This document shows positions 17,242 through 26,765 of a stretch of DNA of 44,370 bases, piece after piece. The DNA is taken from NCBI GenBank assembly GCA_049642705.1, contig JBARPB010000004.1, positions 1 through 44,370 on the forward strand, in the 5' to 3' direction. Under the pieces are notes generated by a model. It did not search any database and was not told the DNA's origin. It saw only the letters and a list, made by a program, of their open reading frames with translations. The DNA comes from Candidatus Omnitrophota bacterium. GTDB lineage: Bacteria; Omnitrophota; Gorgyraeia; JABMRN01; RBG-13-46-9. Position numbers and translations under genes: made by a program. Each line of letters opens with the position of its first letter. Positions within the stretch are counted from its first letter, which is position 1.

Positions 17242-18546
17242 ATGGTAAATTTAAGCACGATATCGTCCTTATGCAAGAGGCGCGGATTTATATTTCAGTC
17301 GAGCGAAATATACGGAGGCCTGGGAAGCGTCTGGGATTACGGCCCGCTCGGCGTGGAACTTAAGAATAATATAAAGCAAGCCTGGTGGCGTAGCTCGGTT
17401 TACGAAAGAGACGATATTTTTGGTATGGATGCTAGTATTTTAATGCATCCCAAAGTCTGGGAAGCCTCCGGTCACTCAAAGAGTTTTACCGATCCTTTTA
17501 TAAAGTGCCCGGCTTGTGCAAAATTTTTTAGACCTGACAAAAACATAGTAGCGAAAGGACCCTGTCCGAATTGCGGCAGCGCCCTATCCGAGGAGTCCGC
17601 CTCAGCTAATTTAATGTTTGAGACGTTGTTTGGTCCGGTGAAAGAAACTGCTCAAAAAATATATTTTCGCCCAGAAACCGCTCAGGGTATGTTTGTTAAT
17701 TTTTTAAATATCCTGTCTTCAAAACATCCAAAACTTCCCTTTGGTTTAGCTCAGATTGGCAAGGCCTTCCGCAACGAAATCACTACCGGAAATTTCATCT
17801 TTAGGACCCGTGAATTTGAGCAGATGGAGATCGAGTATTTTGTCAAACCAAAAGATGCAGAGGCGTCTTATAAGCATTGGGTTGAAGAAAGATTTAACTG
17901 GTATGTAAAACTGGGGATGAAAAAGGATAATTTAAGAACGCGGCCACATTCAAAAGAGGAGCTTGCCCATTATGCCTCGGCTTGTTCAGACATAGAATAC
18001 AATTTTCCTTTTGGTTGGAGCGAATTAGAAGGCATCGCTAACAGGACCGACTTTGATTTACGACAGCATTCGAAAATAAGCGGTAAAGATTTGAGGTATT
18101 TTGACGATGCTACCAAGCAAAAGTTTTATCCTTATATAATTGAGCCATCAGGTGGAGTGGATAGAAGCGTATTGGCATTTTTGGTAGACTCCTATCGAGA
18201 GGAGAAAGTAAAGAAAGAGAAGCGTGTTGTTCTAGGTTTACATAAGGATTTGGCACCCATTAAGGTAGCTGTTCTCCCGCTTCTTAGGAACAGGCCCGAG
18301 ATAGTGAAGCTCGCAAAGGCCATTTACGAAGATTTAAGGGGAAATTACAAGGCCTGCTACGATGATACCGCCTCGATAGGACGGCTTTACAGAAGGCAGG
18401 ATGAGGCCGGGACTTTGTATTGCATTACGGTGGACGTTGATTCCCTGGAGGATAAAAAGGTAACCGTAAGAGACAGGGATACGATGAAGCAGGACAGGAT
18501 AGGCGTTGATGCGGTGAAGAAGTACGTAACAGAGAAATTGCAATGA
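17242..18546 (+). CDS. glyQS: glycine--tRNA ligase, homodimeric (alpha2) type
   Basis: [27 protein letters not shown], CxxC...CxxC insertion, GGVDRS. Confidence 0.95.
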   Translation: MVNLSTISSLCKRRGFIFQSSEIYGGLGSVWDYGPLGVELKNNIKQAWWRSSVYERDDIFGMDASILMHPKVWEASGHSKSFTDPFIKCPACAKFFRPDKNIVAKGPCPNCGSALSEESASANLMFETLFGPVKETAQKIYFRPETAQGMFVNFLNILSSKHPKLPFGLAQIGKAFRNEITTGNFIFRTREFEQMEIEYFVKPKDAEASYKHWVEERFNWYVKLGMKKDNLRTRPHSKEELAHYASACSDIEYNFPFGWSELEGIANRTDFDLRQHSKISGKDLRYFDDATKQKFYPYIIEPSGGVDRSVLAFLVDSYREEKVKKEKRVVLGLHKDLAPIKVAVLPLLRNRPEIVKLAKAIYEDLRGNYKACYDDTASIGRLYRRQDEAGTLYCITVDVDSLEDKKVTVRDRDTMKQDRIGVDAVKKYVTEKLQ

Positions 18547-18560
18547 TAGTGGGAGGGAAG

Positions 18561-21275
18561 ATGAAAAAGAAGAAATATGTATATTTTTTCGGCGACAGAA
18601 AAGCTGAAGGCAAGGCCGCGATGAAAAATCTCCTGGGCGGAAAAGGCGCCAACCTCGCCGAAATGACCAATATGAACATACCGGTGCCGGCGGGATTTAC
18701 GATTTCCACGGACGTCTGCACTTATTATTATGAAAACAACGAAACATATCCGGCCCACCTTGAGGGGGATGTTTTGTCCGCATTGAAAAAAATAGAAAAG
18801 GCGATGGGCGCCACCTTCGGTGAGGGGGATAACCCGCTTCTTTTGTCGGTGCGTTCCGGCGCGCGCGTTTCAATGCCGGGCATGATGGACACGGTTCTAA
18901 ACCTCGGCCTGAATGATACTACCGTGCAGGCCCTCGCAAAACAGACAAAAAACGAGCGGTTCGCCTATGACGCATACAGAAGGTTCGTGCAGATGTTCGG
19001 GGACGTTGTTCTGGGCCTTAAGCCGAAGGGCAAAGACGAACACGACCCCTTTGAAGTCATAATGGATAAGATTAAACGGGAAAAAGGGATTAAGCTTGAT
19101 ATCGACCTCCGGACGGAGGACCTGAAGAAACTAGTGAAGCTATACAAGGAGGAAATCAAGAAGAAAACCGGCAAAATTTTCCCCGAAAACCCCTACAAGC
19201 AGCTCTGGGCCTCGATAGGCGCGGTTTTTGAATCCTGGAATACCGACAGGGCAATCGCCTACCGGAAAATCAATAAGATACCGGAAGGTTGGGGGACAGC
19301 CGTTAACGTCCAGTCGATGGTTTTCGGCAACATGGGGGAGGACTCAGGGACGGGCGTGGCGTTTACCCGCGATCCGGCAAGCGGCGAGAAAAAGTTCTAC
19401 GGGGAATATCTTTTGAACGCGCAGGGGGAAGACGTCGTTGCGGGGATACGCACACCCCAGCCTATTATAAAACTCGGGAAACAGCTTAAAAAACCCTATG
19501 CCGAGCTCTTAAAAATCTATAAGGCCCTGGAAAAACATTACAGGGAAATGCAGGATATGGAATTTACCATTCAAAAAGGGAAACTCTGGATGCTGCAGAC
19601 AAGGGCCGGAAAAAGGACCGGTCTTGCAGCCATAAAAATAGCGGTGGACATGGTGAGCGAGGGGCTGATTTCCGAGGAAGAGGCGCTTCGAAGAATAGAT
19701 CCCGAGCAGCTAAACCAGCTTCTCAGGCCCATCTTTGACGTCGCGGAAAAGAAAAACGCCGTAAAGAGCGGAAAACTCCTGGCGCGCGGCCTTAATGCCG
19801 GCCCCGGCGCGGCCTGCGGCAGGGTCGTATTCAACGCCGTAGACGCCGAGGAATGGACGAAAAAGGGAGAGAGGGTAATCCTCGTCCGTATCGAGACAAG
19901 CCCCGATGACATAAGTGGTATGAACGCTGCGGTTGGTATCCTCACGGCGCGCGGCGGGATGACCTCGCACGCGGCGCTCGTCGCGCGGCAGATGGGAAAG
20001 GTCTGCGTGGCCGGATGCGGCACGCTGGAGATAGATTACGCGGGAAGAAAAATGCACGTGAAAGACGTTGTCGTTAAAGAAGGGGATTACATATCCATAG
20101 ATGGTGCGACAGGGGAGGTGATCTCCGGCGAGATAAAGACGAAACCCTCGGAAATCCTACAGGTTCTTGTTGAGGAGAGTCTGGATCCCAAAAAATCGGA
20201 AACCTACAAGCTTTTCGAAAAACTGATGAGATGGGCTGACAGGAGGCGAAGGTTGAAAATAAGGACAAATGCCGACCAGGGCGACCAGGCCGAGATTGCC
20301 CTCGCTTTCGGCGCCGAGGGCATAGGCCTTTGCCGGACAGAACACATGTTTTTCGGAGAAGGCAAAATCGAGCCAATGCGTGAGATGATCCTTGCCGAAG
20401 ACACAGAAGGCAGGAAGGAAGCGCTCGCGAAACTTCTGCCGATTCAGAAAAAGGATTTTACGGGGATATTTAAGGTGATGAATGGCCTGCCCGTCACGAT
20501 AAGGACCCTTGACCCGCCTCTTCACGAATTCCTGCCGCACGAGGAAGCCGAAGTAAAAAAGATGGCCGAAATCATGGGCCTGAGCGCCAAGAAGGTGAAG
20601 ATGAAGATAAGCTACCTTAAGGAAACGAACCCCATGCTCGGCCTTCGCGGATGCAGGCTCGGAATTATTTACCCGGAGATAACCCGGATGCAGACAAGGG
20701 CGGTTTTCGAAGCGGCCTGCGAGGTTCAGAAATCAGGCATCAAGGTTTTGCCGGAAATTATGATACCCCTTGTGGGGAACATAAACGAGCTTAAACAGCA
20801 GGCATCGCTGGTACGCGAGACCGCCGAGTGGGTCATAAAAAAGCGCGGCGAAAAGATAAAGTACACCATCGGGACGATGATAGAGCTTCCGCGGGCGGCT
20901 TTAACGGCTGACGAGATAGCGACCGTCGCGGAATTTTTCTCCTTCGGGACGAACGACCTCACGCAGACGACATACGGGCTTTCGCGCGACGACGCGGGAA
21001 AATTCCTCTACTATTACTATGAGAACGGCATATTGAAAGACGACCCGTTCCAGACAATAGACCAGAGCGGCGTCGGGCAGCTTATGGAGATAGCCGTTCG
21101 GAAGGGCCGCCAGACGAGAAAAAATTTGAAGATAGGAATATGCGGGGAGCATGGGGGCGAGACGAAATCCGTGGAGTTCTGCAACAGGATCGGGCTTGAT
21201 TATGTAAGTTGTTCTCCGTTCAGGGTGCCAATCGCTCGGCTTGCAGCCGCTCAGGCAGCGGTAAAGGCGAAGTAA
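18561..21275 (+). CDS. ppdK: pyruvate, phosphate dikinase
   Basis: [11 protein letters not shown], catalytic-His region [13 protein letters not shown]-terminal PEP-utilising TIM domain. GGGAGG RBS before ATG 18561. Confidence 0.96.
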   Translation: MKKKKYVYFFGDRKAEGKAAMKNLLGGKGANLAEMTNMNIPVPAGFTISTDVCTYYYENNETYPAHLEGDVLSALKKIEKAMGATFGEGDNPLLLSVRSGARVSMPGMMDTVLNLGLNDTTVQALAKQTKNERFAYDAYRRFVQMFGDVVLGLKPKGKDEHDPFEVIMDKIKREKGIKLDIDLRTEDLKKLVKLYKEEIKKKTGKIFPENPYKQLWASIGAVFESWNTDRAIAYRKINKIPEGWGTAVNVQSMVFGNMGEDSGTGVAFTRDPASGEKKFYGEYLLNAQGEDVVAGIRTPQPIIKLGKQLKKPYAELLKIYKALEKHYREMQDMEFTIQKGKLWMLQTRAGKRTGLAAIKIAVDMVSEGLISEEEALRRIDPEQLNQLLRPIFDVAEKKNAVKSGKLLARGLNAGPGAACGRVVFNAVDAEEWTKKGERVILVRIETSPDDISGMNAAVGILTARGGMTSHAALVARQMGKVCVAGCGTLEIDYAGRKMHVKDVVVKEGDYISIDGATGEVISGEIKTKPSEILQVLVEESLDPKKSETYKLFEKLMRWADRRRRLKIRTNADQGDQAEIALAFGAEGIGLCRTEHMFFGEGKIEPMREMILAEDTEGRKEALAKLLPIQKKDFTGIFKVMNGLPVTIRTLDPPLHEFLPHEEAEVKKMAEIMGLSAKKVKMKISYLKETNPMLGLRGCRLGIIYPEITRMQTRAVFEAACEVQKSGIKVLPEIMIPLVGNINELKQQASLVRETAEWVIKKRGEKIKYTIGTMIELPRAALTADEIATVAEFFSFGTNDLTQTTYGLSRDDAGKFLYYYYENGILKDDPFQTIDQSGVGQLMEIAVRKGRQTRKNLKIGICGEHGGETKSVEFCNRIGLDYVSCSPFRVPIARLAAAQAAVKAK

Positions 21276-22111
21276 TGGATAACATACGGCTTTACCTGAA
21301 GGATATAAAAAACCTTCCCCTTCTTCAGCCGAAGGAAGAGATTGATCTTGCCAAAAGAATAAAAAAAGGCGACAAGCGCGCCAAGCAAGAAATGATACAA
21401 TCAAACCTCCGGCTCGTTATCAACATCGCGAAGAAGTATAGCTACCTTGGCGTCCCGATGCTCGACCTTATAGAAGAGGGCAACCTTGGTTTAATGAAGG
21501 CGGTGGGGAAATATAATTACAAGAGGGGGTATCGGTTTTCCACTTACGCGGCTTGGTGGATAAAGCAGTACATAACAAGGGCTATCGCGAATCAAGGCAA
21601 GACCGTGAGAATTCCCGTTTATGTCATCGAGCTTCTGATGAGGTTCAAGAAGGTTACAGGCCAGCTTTCCCACAAGTTCAAGAGAAAGCCCCGCCTTAAC
21701 GAGATAGCCAAGAGAATGAAGATGCCCCTAAAGCGCGTCAGGCAGCTTAACAGGATGGCGAGTACCGTCTCGAGCCTGAACGCGCCGGTTGACGAAAGCG
21801 GCTCGACGGAGTTCATGGATCTGATCGAGGACGAAAAGGTGGCGCAGGAAGTCAACGAGTTGAGCAATTTCCTCATCCACGAAAGGGTAAAGGACCTTCT
21901 CTACAGAATGACGCCGCGTGAGAGGAAAATTTTAAGCCTGCGGTTCGGGCTGAAGGACGGCGTGAGGCATACCTTGAGGGAAACTGCCGTCCATTTCGGC
22001 ATAACAAGAGAAAGGGTCCGCCAGATTGAGAGCATCGCGATGAGGAAGCTGCGTGAGCTCATGAAAGAGGAAGAAGAAAAAACGGGAGAGGGAGGCGTTG
22101 AGGCAAAGTGA
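21275..22111 (+). CDS. sigma-70 family RNA polymerase sigma factor (RpoD/RpoS-like, no region 1.1)
   Basis: Region 2 ([36 protein letters not shown]) and region 4 ([20 protein letters not shown]). TAATG overlap with ppdK. Confidence 0.9.
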   Translation: MDNIRLYLKDIKNLPLLQPKEEIDLAKRIKKGDKRAKQEMIQSNLRLVINIAKKYSYLGVPMLDLIEEGNLGLMKAVGKYNYKRGYRFSTYAAWWIKQYITRAIANQGKTVRIPVYVIELLMRFKKVTGQLSHKFKRKPRLNEIAKRMKMPLKRVRQLNRMASTVSSLNAPVDESGSTEFMDLIEDEKVAQEVNELSNFLIHERVKDLLYRMTPRERKILSLRFGLKDGVRHTLRETAVHFGITRERVRQIESIAMRKLRELMKEEEEKTGEGGVEAK

Positions 22112-22635
22112 CAAAAGAGTTAAAAAAAATTATCCGCAATATCCCGGACTTTCCCAAGAAAGGCATTGTCTTCAGGGATATTACCCCCTTGATCGGCGAG
22201 GAGGAGGCATTCGCCTATGTGATCGATGAATTCGCAAAGCGTTACAAAGACAAGAAAATCGATTATATCGTGAGCGTTGAATCAAGGGGCTTTATTTTCG
22301 GCGCGGCGCTGGCCTACGTAATCGGAGCCGGCCTCATTCCCGTGAGGAAGAAGGGTAAATTGCCGCACGAAACGCATGAGGTTACTTATGACCTGGAGTA
22401 CGGGAAGGATACGCTCCAGATCCACAAAGATGCCCTCGAGAAAGGTAAAAACGTGCTTATCCTCGATGACCTTTTAGCCACGGGCGGGACGACGTGCGCC
22501 ACAATAGATCTAGTAAATAAGCTGGGCGGAAAGGTCATAGAAGCGGCATTTGTAATCGAGCTTGAATTTTTGAAGGGCCGCGAGAAGATAAAGGACGTGC
22601 CGATTTTTTCGTTGGTTAAGTACGATAAGGAATGA
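22108..22635 (+). CDS. apt: adenine phosphoribosyltransferase
   Basis: [19 protein letters not shown] and PRPP loop [13 protein letters not shown], 175 aa. Confidence 0.94.
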   Translation: MTKELKKIIRNIPDFPKKGIVFRDITPLIGEEEAFAYVIDEFAKRYKDKKIDYIVSVESRGFIFGAALAYVIGAGLIPVRKKGKLPHETHEVTYDLEYGKDTLQIHKDALEKGKNVLILDDLLATGGTTCATIDLVNKLGGKVIEAAFVIELEFLKGREKIKDVPIFSLVKYDKE

Positions 22636-22641
22636 TGTCCT

Positions 22642-23922
22642 TTGGACAGAGAAACCCTAAGAACAAAAGACTGGCTGGATAAGAGATTTACCTTAGGGGT
22701 AAAAGAGGGCAAGTATTTTGCCCATCAACCAATATATGGATATAAGAAAGGTTTTACCGAAGGGAGGGATATAATAAGGTATGCTAGGATTCTTTCAATT
22801 TTACAGAAGCTTTCAAATTTACAATTTGATAACTTCGTAGATATAGGCGGTGCAGAAGGATATGCGGCAAACCTTGTAAAAAAAATATTTAACGTTGACA
22901 GCTACACAAGTGATTTGTCATTTGAAGCTAATTTGAGAGCCCGAGAATTATTTGGTATAGATTCTGTGGGTTTAGATGTATGTAATTTACCATTTAAAGA
23001 TGAATCATTCGATGTTGTGCTATGCAGTGAAGTGATTGAACACGTCAGCAAACCCGCACAGACCCTCTATGAGCTAAAAAGAATAGCCCGGAAAGCTTTG
23101 CTGATAACTACTGAGGCTATCTGCTATAGTAAGGGTGAAAGAAAACTTCGGATGCTGCTGGTCAATTTAAAGGAGCCGCACGCCGATAGAAACTGGTATA
23201 TCGCAGATGATTTTATGGAGATTTTAGGAAAAGAGATATGTCTCGAGAATACAATAGCCGATACCGACTTTACCGATAAAAAAAATCCCTCGATAACTGA
23301 AGTTAAGAATATTTTAAACAAAACCAGTAGAACTTCAAGTTTTAGCCAAAAGGGCCTTGGCGCATCAATTTCGTTAATTAAGGACAGATCTTCGATAAGA
23401 AAAGCCCCTAGTACCGACAGCTACAAACTAGTAGATTTGCTTTTAAACAGCGTTGTTAATCTAGAGTATTCCCCCAAAAAGACAAACAATGAATTTTCTG
23501 ATAAATTAACAGAATTTTTGATGTGCCCGAAATGCGGCAAATCAATTAAGAAGATAAAAAGTGAATATTTTGCATGTGTTGCGTGTGAGGCAAGATATAA
23601 AATTGAAAAAGGAATACCTTTGTTATATACACATGAAGAAGATATTCAGTTTTTATCTAAAAAATGGGAAAATATTTATAGAAAACATTTTAATGATTAT
23701 GGAAGAATAATGCGATTGGTTAGATTATTTCAACATACACGAATTAGGCAAAATATTTTTATAAGAATATTAGCAACCCGGCTGCTAAAAATAAATAAAT
23801 GTTTGAATAACTGTAAAACGGTATTAAATAACGGCACTCTAAAGGATTTGATATTCTATATTTTGCAAAGAATCTATAGAAAAGGTAAAAAGGAAATTAA
23901 AAGATTTGTACCGTCCCTGTAG
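22642..23922 (+). CDS. class I SAM-dependent methyltransferase fused to a Trm112-like zinc ribbon and a basic AT-rich tail
   Basis: VDIGGAEGY (motif I) and FDVVLCSEVIEHV. Zinc ribbon CPKCG...CVACEARYKIEKGIPLL. TTG start. The stop lies inside the tRNA-Arg acceptor/D region. Confidence 0.75.
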   Translation: MDRETLRTKDWLDKRFTLGVKEGKYFAHQPIYGYKKGFTEGRDIIRYARILSILQKLSNLQFDNFVDIGGAEGYAANLVKKIFNVDSYTSDLSFEANLRARELFGIDSVGLDVCNLPFKDESFDVVLCSEVIEHVSKPAQTLYELKRIARKALLITTEAICYSKGERKLRMLLVNLKEPHADRNWYIADDFMEILGKEICLENTIADTDFTDKKNPSITEVKNILNKTSRTSSFSQKGLGASISLIKDRSSIRKAPSTDSYKLVDLLLNSVVNLEYSPKKTNNEFSDKLTEFLMCPKCGKSIKKIKSEYFACVACEARYKIEKGIPLLYTHEEDIQFLSKKWENIYRKHFNDYGRIMRLVRLFQHTRIRQNIFIRILATRLLKINKCLNNCKTVLNNGTLKDLIFYILQRIYRKGKKEIKRFVPSL

Positions 23923-23989
23923 CTCAGCTGGATAGAGCACAGGTTTCCTAAACCTGGTGTCGTCCGTTCGAATCGGACCAGGGACGCCA
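23913..23989 (+). tRNA. tRNA-Arg (anticodon CCT), CCA encoded
   Basis: Hand-folded cloverleaf: acceptor GTCCCTG/CAGGGAC, D stem GCTC/GAGC, anticodon stem CAGGT/ACCTG with loop TTCCTAA, T stem GTCCG/CGGAC, discriminator G, CCA. Confidence 0.9.
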
Positions 23990-24014
23990 CACATATAAAT
24001 GTACAAAGGAAAAA

Positions 24015-24677
24015 ATGATCGACCTACATACGCATTCGCTTTTAAGTGACGGGATGCTGTTGCCGAGTGAGCTCGTTAGGCGCGCGGAGGAAAAAGGCTA
24101 CGAGGCGATAGCGATTACCGATCACGTTGATTTTTCGAACATAGATTTTGTCATACCCAGGATTGTAAAAACCTGTAAGATCCTCAATAAATACTGGAAG
24201 ATAAAATCAATCCCCGGCGTCGAAATTACGCATGTCCCGCCTCAAAGCATAAAGAGTCTTGTTAAGTTCGCGCGAAAAAAAGGCGCGGAAATTGTTGTCG
24301 GCCACGGAGAAACTATTTCCGAACCGGTATTACCCGGTAGCAATAGAGCCTTTATTGAAGCCCGGGTAGATATTCTTGCCCATCCCGGCATGATAAGTGC
24401 CGCAGATGTAAGGTTGGCGAAAAAAATGGGTGTCTTTCTTGAAATTACAACGAGAAAGAACCACTCAAAACCGAATAAGCGCCTTGTTAAATTGGCATTA
24501 AAGCACAAAGCACCCCTGGTGTTAAATACAGATACGCACGCACCCGGCGATTTCATCGATAATAAGAAACGCCAGCGTTTCCTAACAGTATTAGGTCTTA
24601 ATAATACACAGAAAGCGCAAGTAGTTAGGAATTCCTGCTTCATTGCGAAAGTGAGAAAAAGTGCCGCGAGACCTTGA
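24015..24677 (+). CDS. PHP-domain metal-dependent phosphoesterase (histidinol-phosphatase-like)
   Basis: IDLHTHSLLSDG and AITDH motifs, 220 aa. Confidence 0.75.
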   Translation: MIDLHTHSLLSDGMLLPSELVRRAEEKGYEAIAITDHVDFSNIDFVIPRIVKTCKILNKYWKIKSIPGVEITHVPPQSIKSLVKFARKKGAEIVVGHGETISEPVLPGSNRAFIEARVDILAHPGMISAADVRLAKKMGVFLEITTRKNHSKPNKRLVKLALKHKAPLVLNTDTHAPGDFIDNKKRQRFLTVLGLNNTQKAQVVRNSCFIAKVRKSAARP

Positions 24678-24701
24678 CAAAACTAACTTTTGTGGTATAC
24701 T
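24674..24701 (+). promoter_or_regulatory. sigma-70-type promoter TTGACA-16 nt-(TGg)TATACT
   Basis: -35 at 24674-24679 (contains the TGA stop of the PHP gene). Extended -10 TGGTATACT at 24693-24701. Confidence 0.6.
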
Positions 24702-24824
24702 TACTTCAAAGTTCTGTACCATCATAGCGGTTTCGAATAACGGCTGGGAAAGGAGGGATGTAATAGTTTAAGCCGAAATAGTAAGCTATGGTGAGATATA
24801 GATATATAAAAGAGATAAAATAAA

Positions 24825-24848
24825 GGGCTTGACTTGAAAGCCCGTTTT
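24825..24848 (+). terminator. weak terminator-like hairpin inside the porin leader
   Basis: GGGCTT/AAGCCC 6-bp stem with a 7-nt loop, then GTTTT. Lies 36 nt before ATG 24884. Confidence 0.35.
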
Positions 24849-24883
24849 GCAAGAATATAAGGATATAATAATCAGGAGGGAAA

Positions 24884-26443
24884 ATGAAGTTATTACGTAC
24901 GATATGTGTTGTAGGGTTAGCACTCTCTGTTGCAACAGGTGCTTATGCCGCAACACAAAGCATAAAGCTGTCGGGAGACATCACTATCCGCACTTTCGCG
25001 CGGGGTGAATACGATCTCACCAAGCACCAGGAACCAATCATACCCGCTCAGCCGGATATTGACGAAAGACACATGGATGCGTTGTATGGCACAAATAATT
25101 GGCAGACGTGGTTCATGAGCACGGCCGAAGTTCAACTCGATGCCGACCTAACGGACAACGTATCAGGCGTTATACGGCTTTTCAACCAAAGGGATTGGGA
25201 TGTTCGAACCAAGGAAGGGGACGCAGATACTAAAAGAACCGATAACCTATATAGAGCTACCAACACGCCCCTTTACCCCGAGGAAGCCTATCCGGATCTG
25301 CGTGAATTCGACGTCGGCCTTGATCTCGCGTACATAGAACTGAAAGAGTTCTTGTATTCGCCGCTTACACTGAAGATCGGCCGCCAGGATTTGTGGTTCG
25401 GGAGAGGTTTTGTTGTTGGCGCGAACATGCGGGATTACAATAATCTGATCAATGCCGATGAATATACCTGCATGCGTTCATTTGATGCCATCAGGGCAAC
25501 GCTCGATTACGACCCCTGGACCATCGACGCATTCGCGGCAATGATATGGGAAAACGAGATCGGTTCGAAAGACGACGAGACGCTTTGGGGCATAAACGTC
25601 GGTTATCTCCTTGACATGTATAACGCAGAACTCGAGGCCTACTGGTTTAACAAAACCGATAGAGGCACTGTGCCGCCGAGAGACCTAAAGCAGCATAATT
25701 ACGTCCACACTGTCGGCGCAAGAGGCAGCGCTGATCCTCTCGAGTATATAACTGTTGCCGGAGAAGCCGCCTACCAATTCGGCCATTTTGTCGGCTTTAG
25801 GAATCAGTTAGAAGTGAGAAACCGAAGTGCGTGGGCTGTTGACGGAAGCGTTGAATGCAGCTATTTGAAAGAGATAATGCCGTGGAAACCGATTGTCGGC
25901 GCGGAATACATACTCTATACGGGCGACAAGACTCCATACCTGAGCGGGCAGACAACCGGCACATACACAGGTTGGGATTATATGTACCGGGGCAAGTTTG
26001 ACACCGCATATCGTGAATATGTTGGAAGGTACAATTTTACGCACATGGGATGGTTGATATCAAGGAACACAGAATATAGAATCGCCATGAACACCCAGAT
26101 CGATGATTCCCGCGACAACCAGCACCAGGTGCTCGTTTATGGAAACGTCATGCCGACTGACAGCATCACCGTGGACGGAAAACTTGGCTTTTTCTGGCAG
26201 CAGCATTATCGGGAAATAGATCCCAACATTCTTACGTATAACCAGCCCGCTATCATGGGGCAGACAAACAGGAGGCTCGCGACGTTCCTCGGAACCGAGT
26301 TTGACCTCGGCGTAACATGGGACTACACCGAAGACGTGTCGTTTGGCTTGTTGGCCGCATGGTTCTTCCCGGGCAGTTTCTACGATGATCAGTCAGATTC
26401 TACCGCGACGGACCTTGTCGGAACAGTAAAACTCAGCTTCTAA
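24884..26443 (+). CDS. outer-membrane beta-barrel protein (alginate-export/porin-like)
   Basis: AGGAGGG RBS, signal peptide ending AYA/A, LKIGRQDLWFGRGFVVG motif, alternating aromatic pattern, C-terminal ...VKLSF. Confidence 0.7.
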   Translation: MKLLRTICVVGLALSVATGAYAATQSIKLSGDITIRTFARGEYDLTKHQEPIIPAQPDIDERHMDALYGTNNWQTWFMSTAEVQLDADLTDNVSGVIRLFNQRDWDVRTKEGDADTKRTDNLYRATNTPLYPEEAYPDLREFDVGLDLAYIELKEFLYSPLTLKIGRQDLWFGRGFVVGANMRDYNNLINADEYTCMRSFDAIRATLDYDPWTIDAFAAMIWENEIGSKDDETLWGINVGYLLDMYNAELEAYWFNKTDRGTVPPRDLKQHNYVHTVGARGSADPLEYITVAGEAAYQFGHFVGFRNQLEVRNRSAWAVDGSVECSYLKEIMPWKPIVGAEYILYTGDKTPYLSGQTTGTYTGWDYMYRGKFDTAYREYVGRYNFTHMGWLISRNTEYRIAMNTQIDDSRDNQHQVLVYGNVMPTDSITVDGKLGFFWQQHYREIDPNILTYNQPAIMGQTNRRLATFLGTEFDLGVTWDYTEDVSFGLLAAWFFPGSFYDDQSDSTATDLVGTVKLSF

Positions 26444-26461
26444 GAGAAGCATGTTTTTAGC

Positions 26462-26521
26462 CCAACATTTGCCCAGCACTAATTTTCAAAATTAGTGCTG
26501 GGCAAATGTTGGTCTTTTTTT
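26462..26521 (+). terminator. rho-independent terminator with an unusually long perfect stem
   Basis: CCAACATTTGCCCAGCACTAATTTT is exactly complementary to AAAATTAGTGCTGGGCAAATGTTGG (about 22 bp paired after allowing a loop), followed by TCTTTTTTT. Confidence 0.85.
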
Positions 26522-26544
26522 AACCTTTTAAAGGAGGTATTTAG

Positions 26545-26727
26545 ATGAATGTGGCCACGGGATGCTTAACTTTTCTGGGTTTTATTCTTCTGCTTGCAGG
26601 AATTGCTTCGAAACTGATGGGGATGTCAATTCTCGCCCCGTACATTTCGTCTTTTTTGGGATATTTCGTTGCGGCAAATGCCTGTTTCTTGATGGCCCTT
26701 GTTGTCGATAAATTCCAGAAGGATTAG
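26545..26727 (+). CDS. small two-helix membrane protein (60 aa)
   Basis: AAAGGAGG RBS 7 nt upstream and two hydrophobic segments. Confidence 0.6.
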   Translation: MNVATGCLTFLGFILLLAGIASKLMGMSILAPYISSFLGYFVAANACFLMALVVDKFQKD

Positions 26728-26765
26728 TCCCCGTTTTTAAAGGCAGAATGAGACGATAGGTGGAA

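Noticed and set aside
20901-21404. Minus-strand 167-aa ORF across the ppdK/sigma junction
   Set aside because: It overlaps two high-confidence + strand genes and has no supporting signals.
24015-24677. Idea that the three PHP domains (DnaE N-terminus, 24015 and 32490 genes) represent a recent duplication or repeat family
   Set aside because: They share only the generic H-x-H...D-H PHP metal motifs, and no nucleotide-level similarity is visible by eye.
24758-24763. Minimal start-stop ORF (ATG TAA) right after AGGAGGG in the porin leader
   Set aside because: The SD core ends only ~2 nt before the ATG, which is too close for normal initiation. There is no way to support function from sequence alone.
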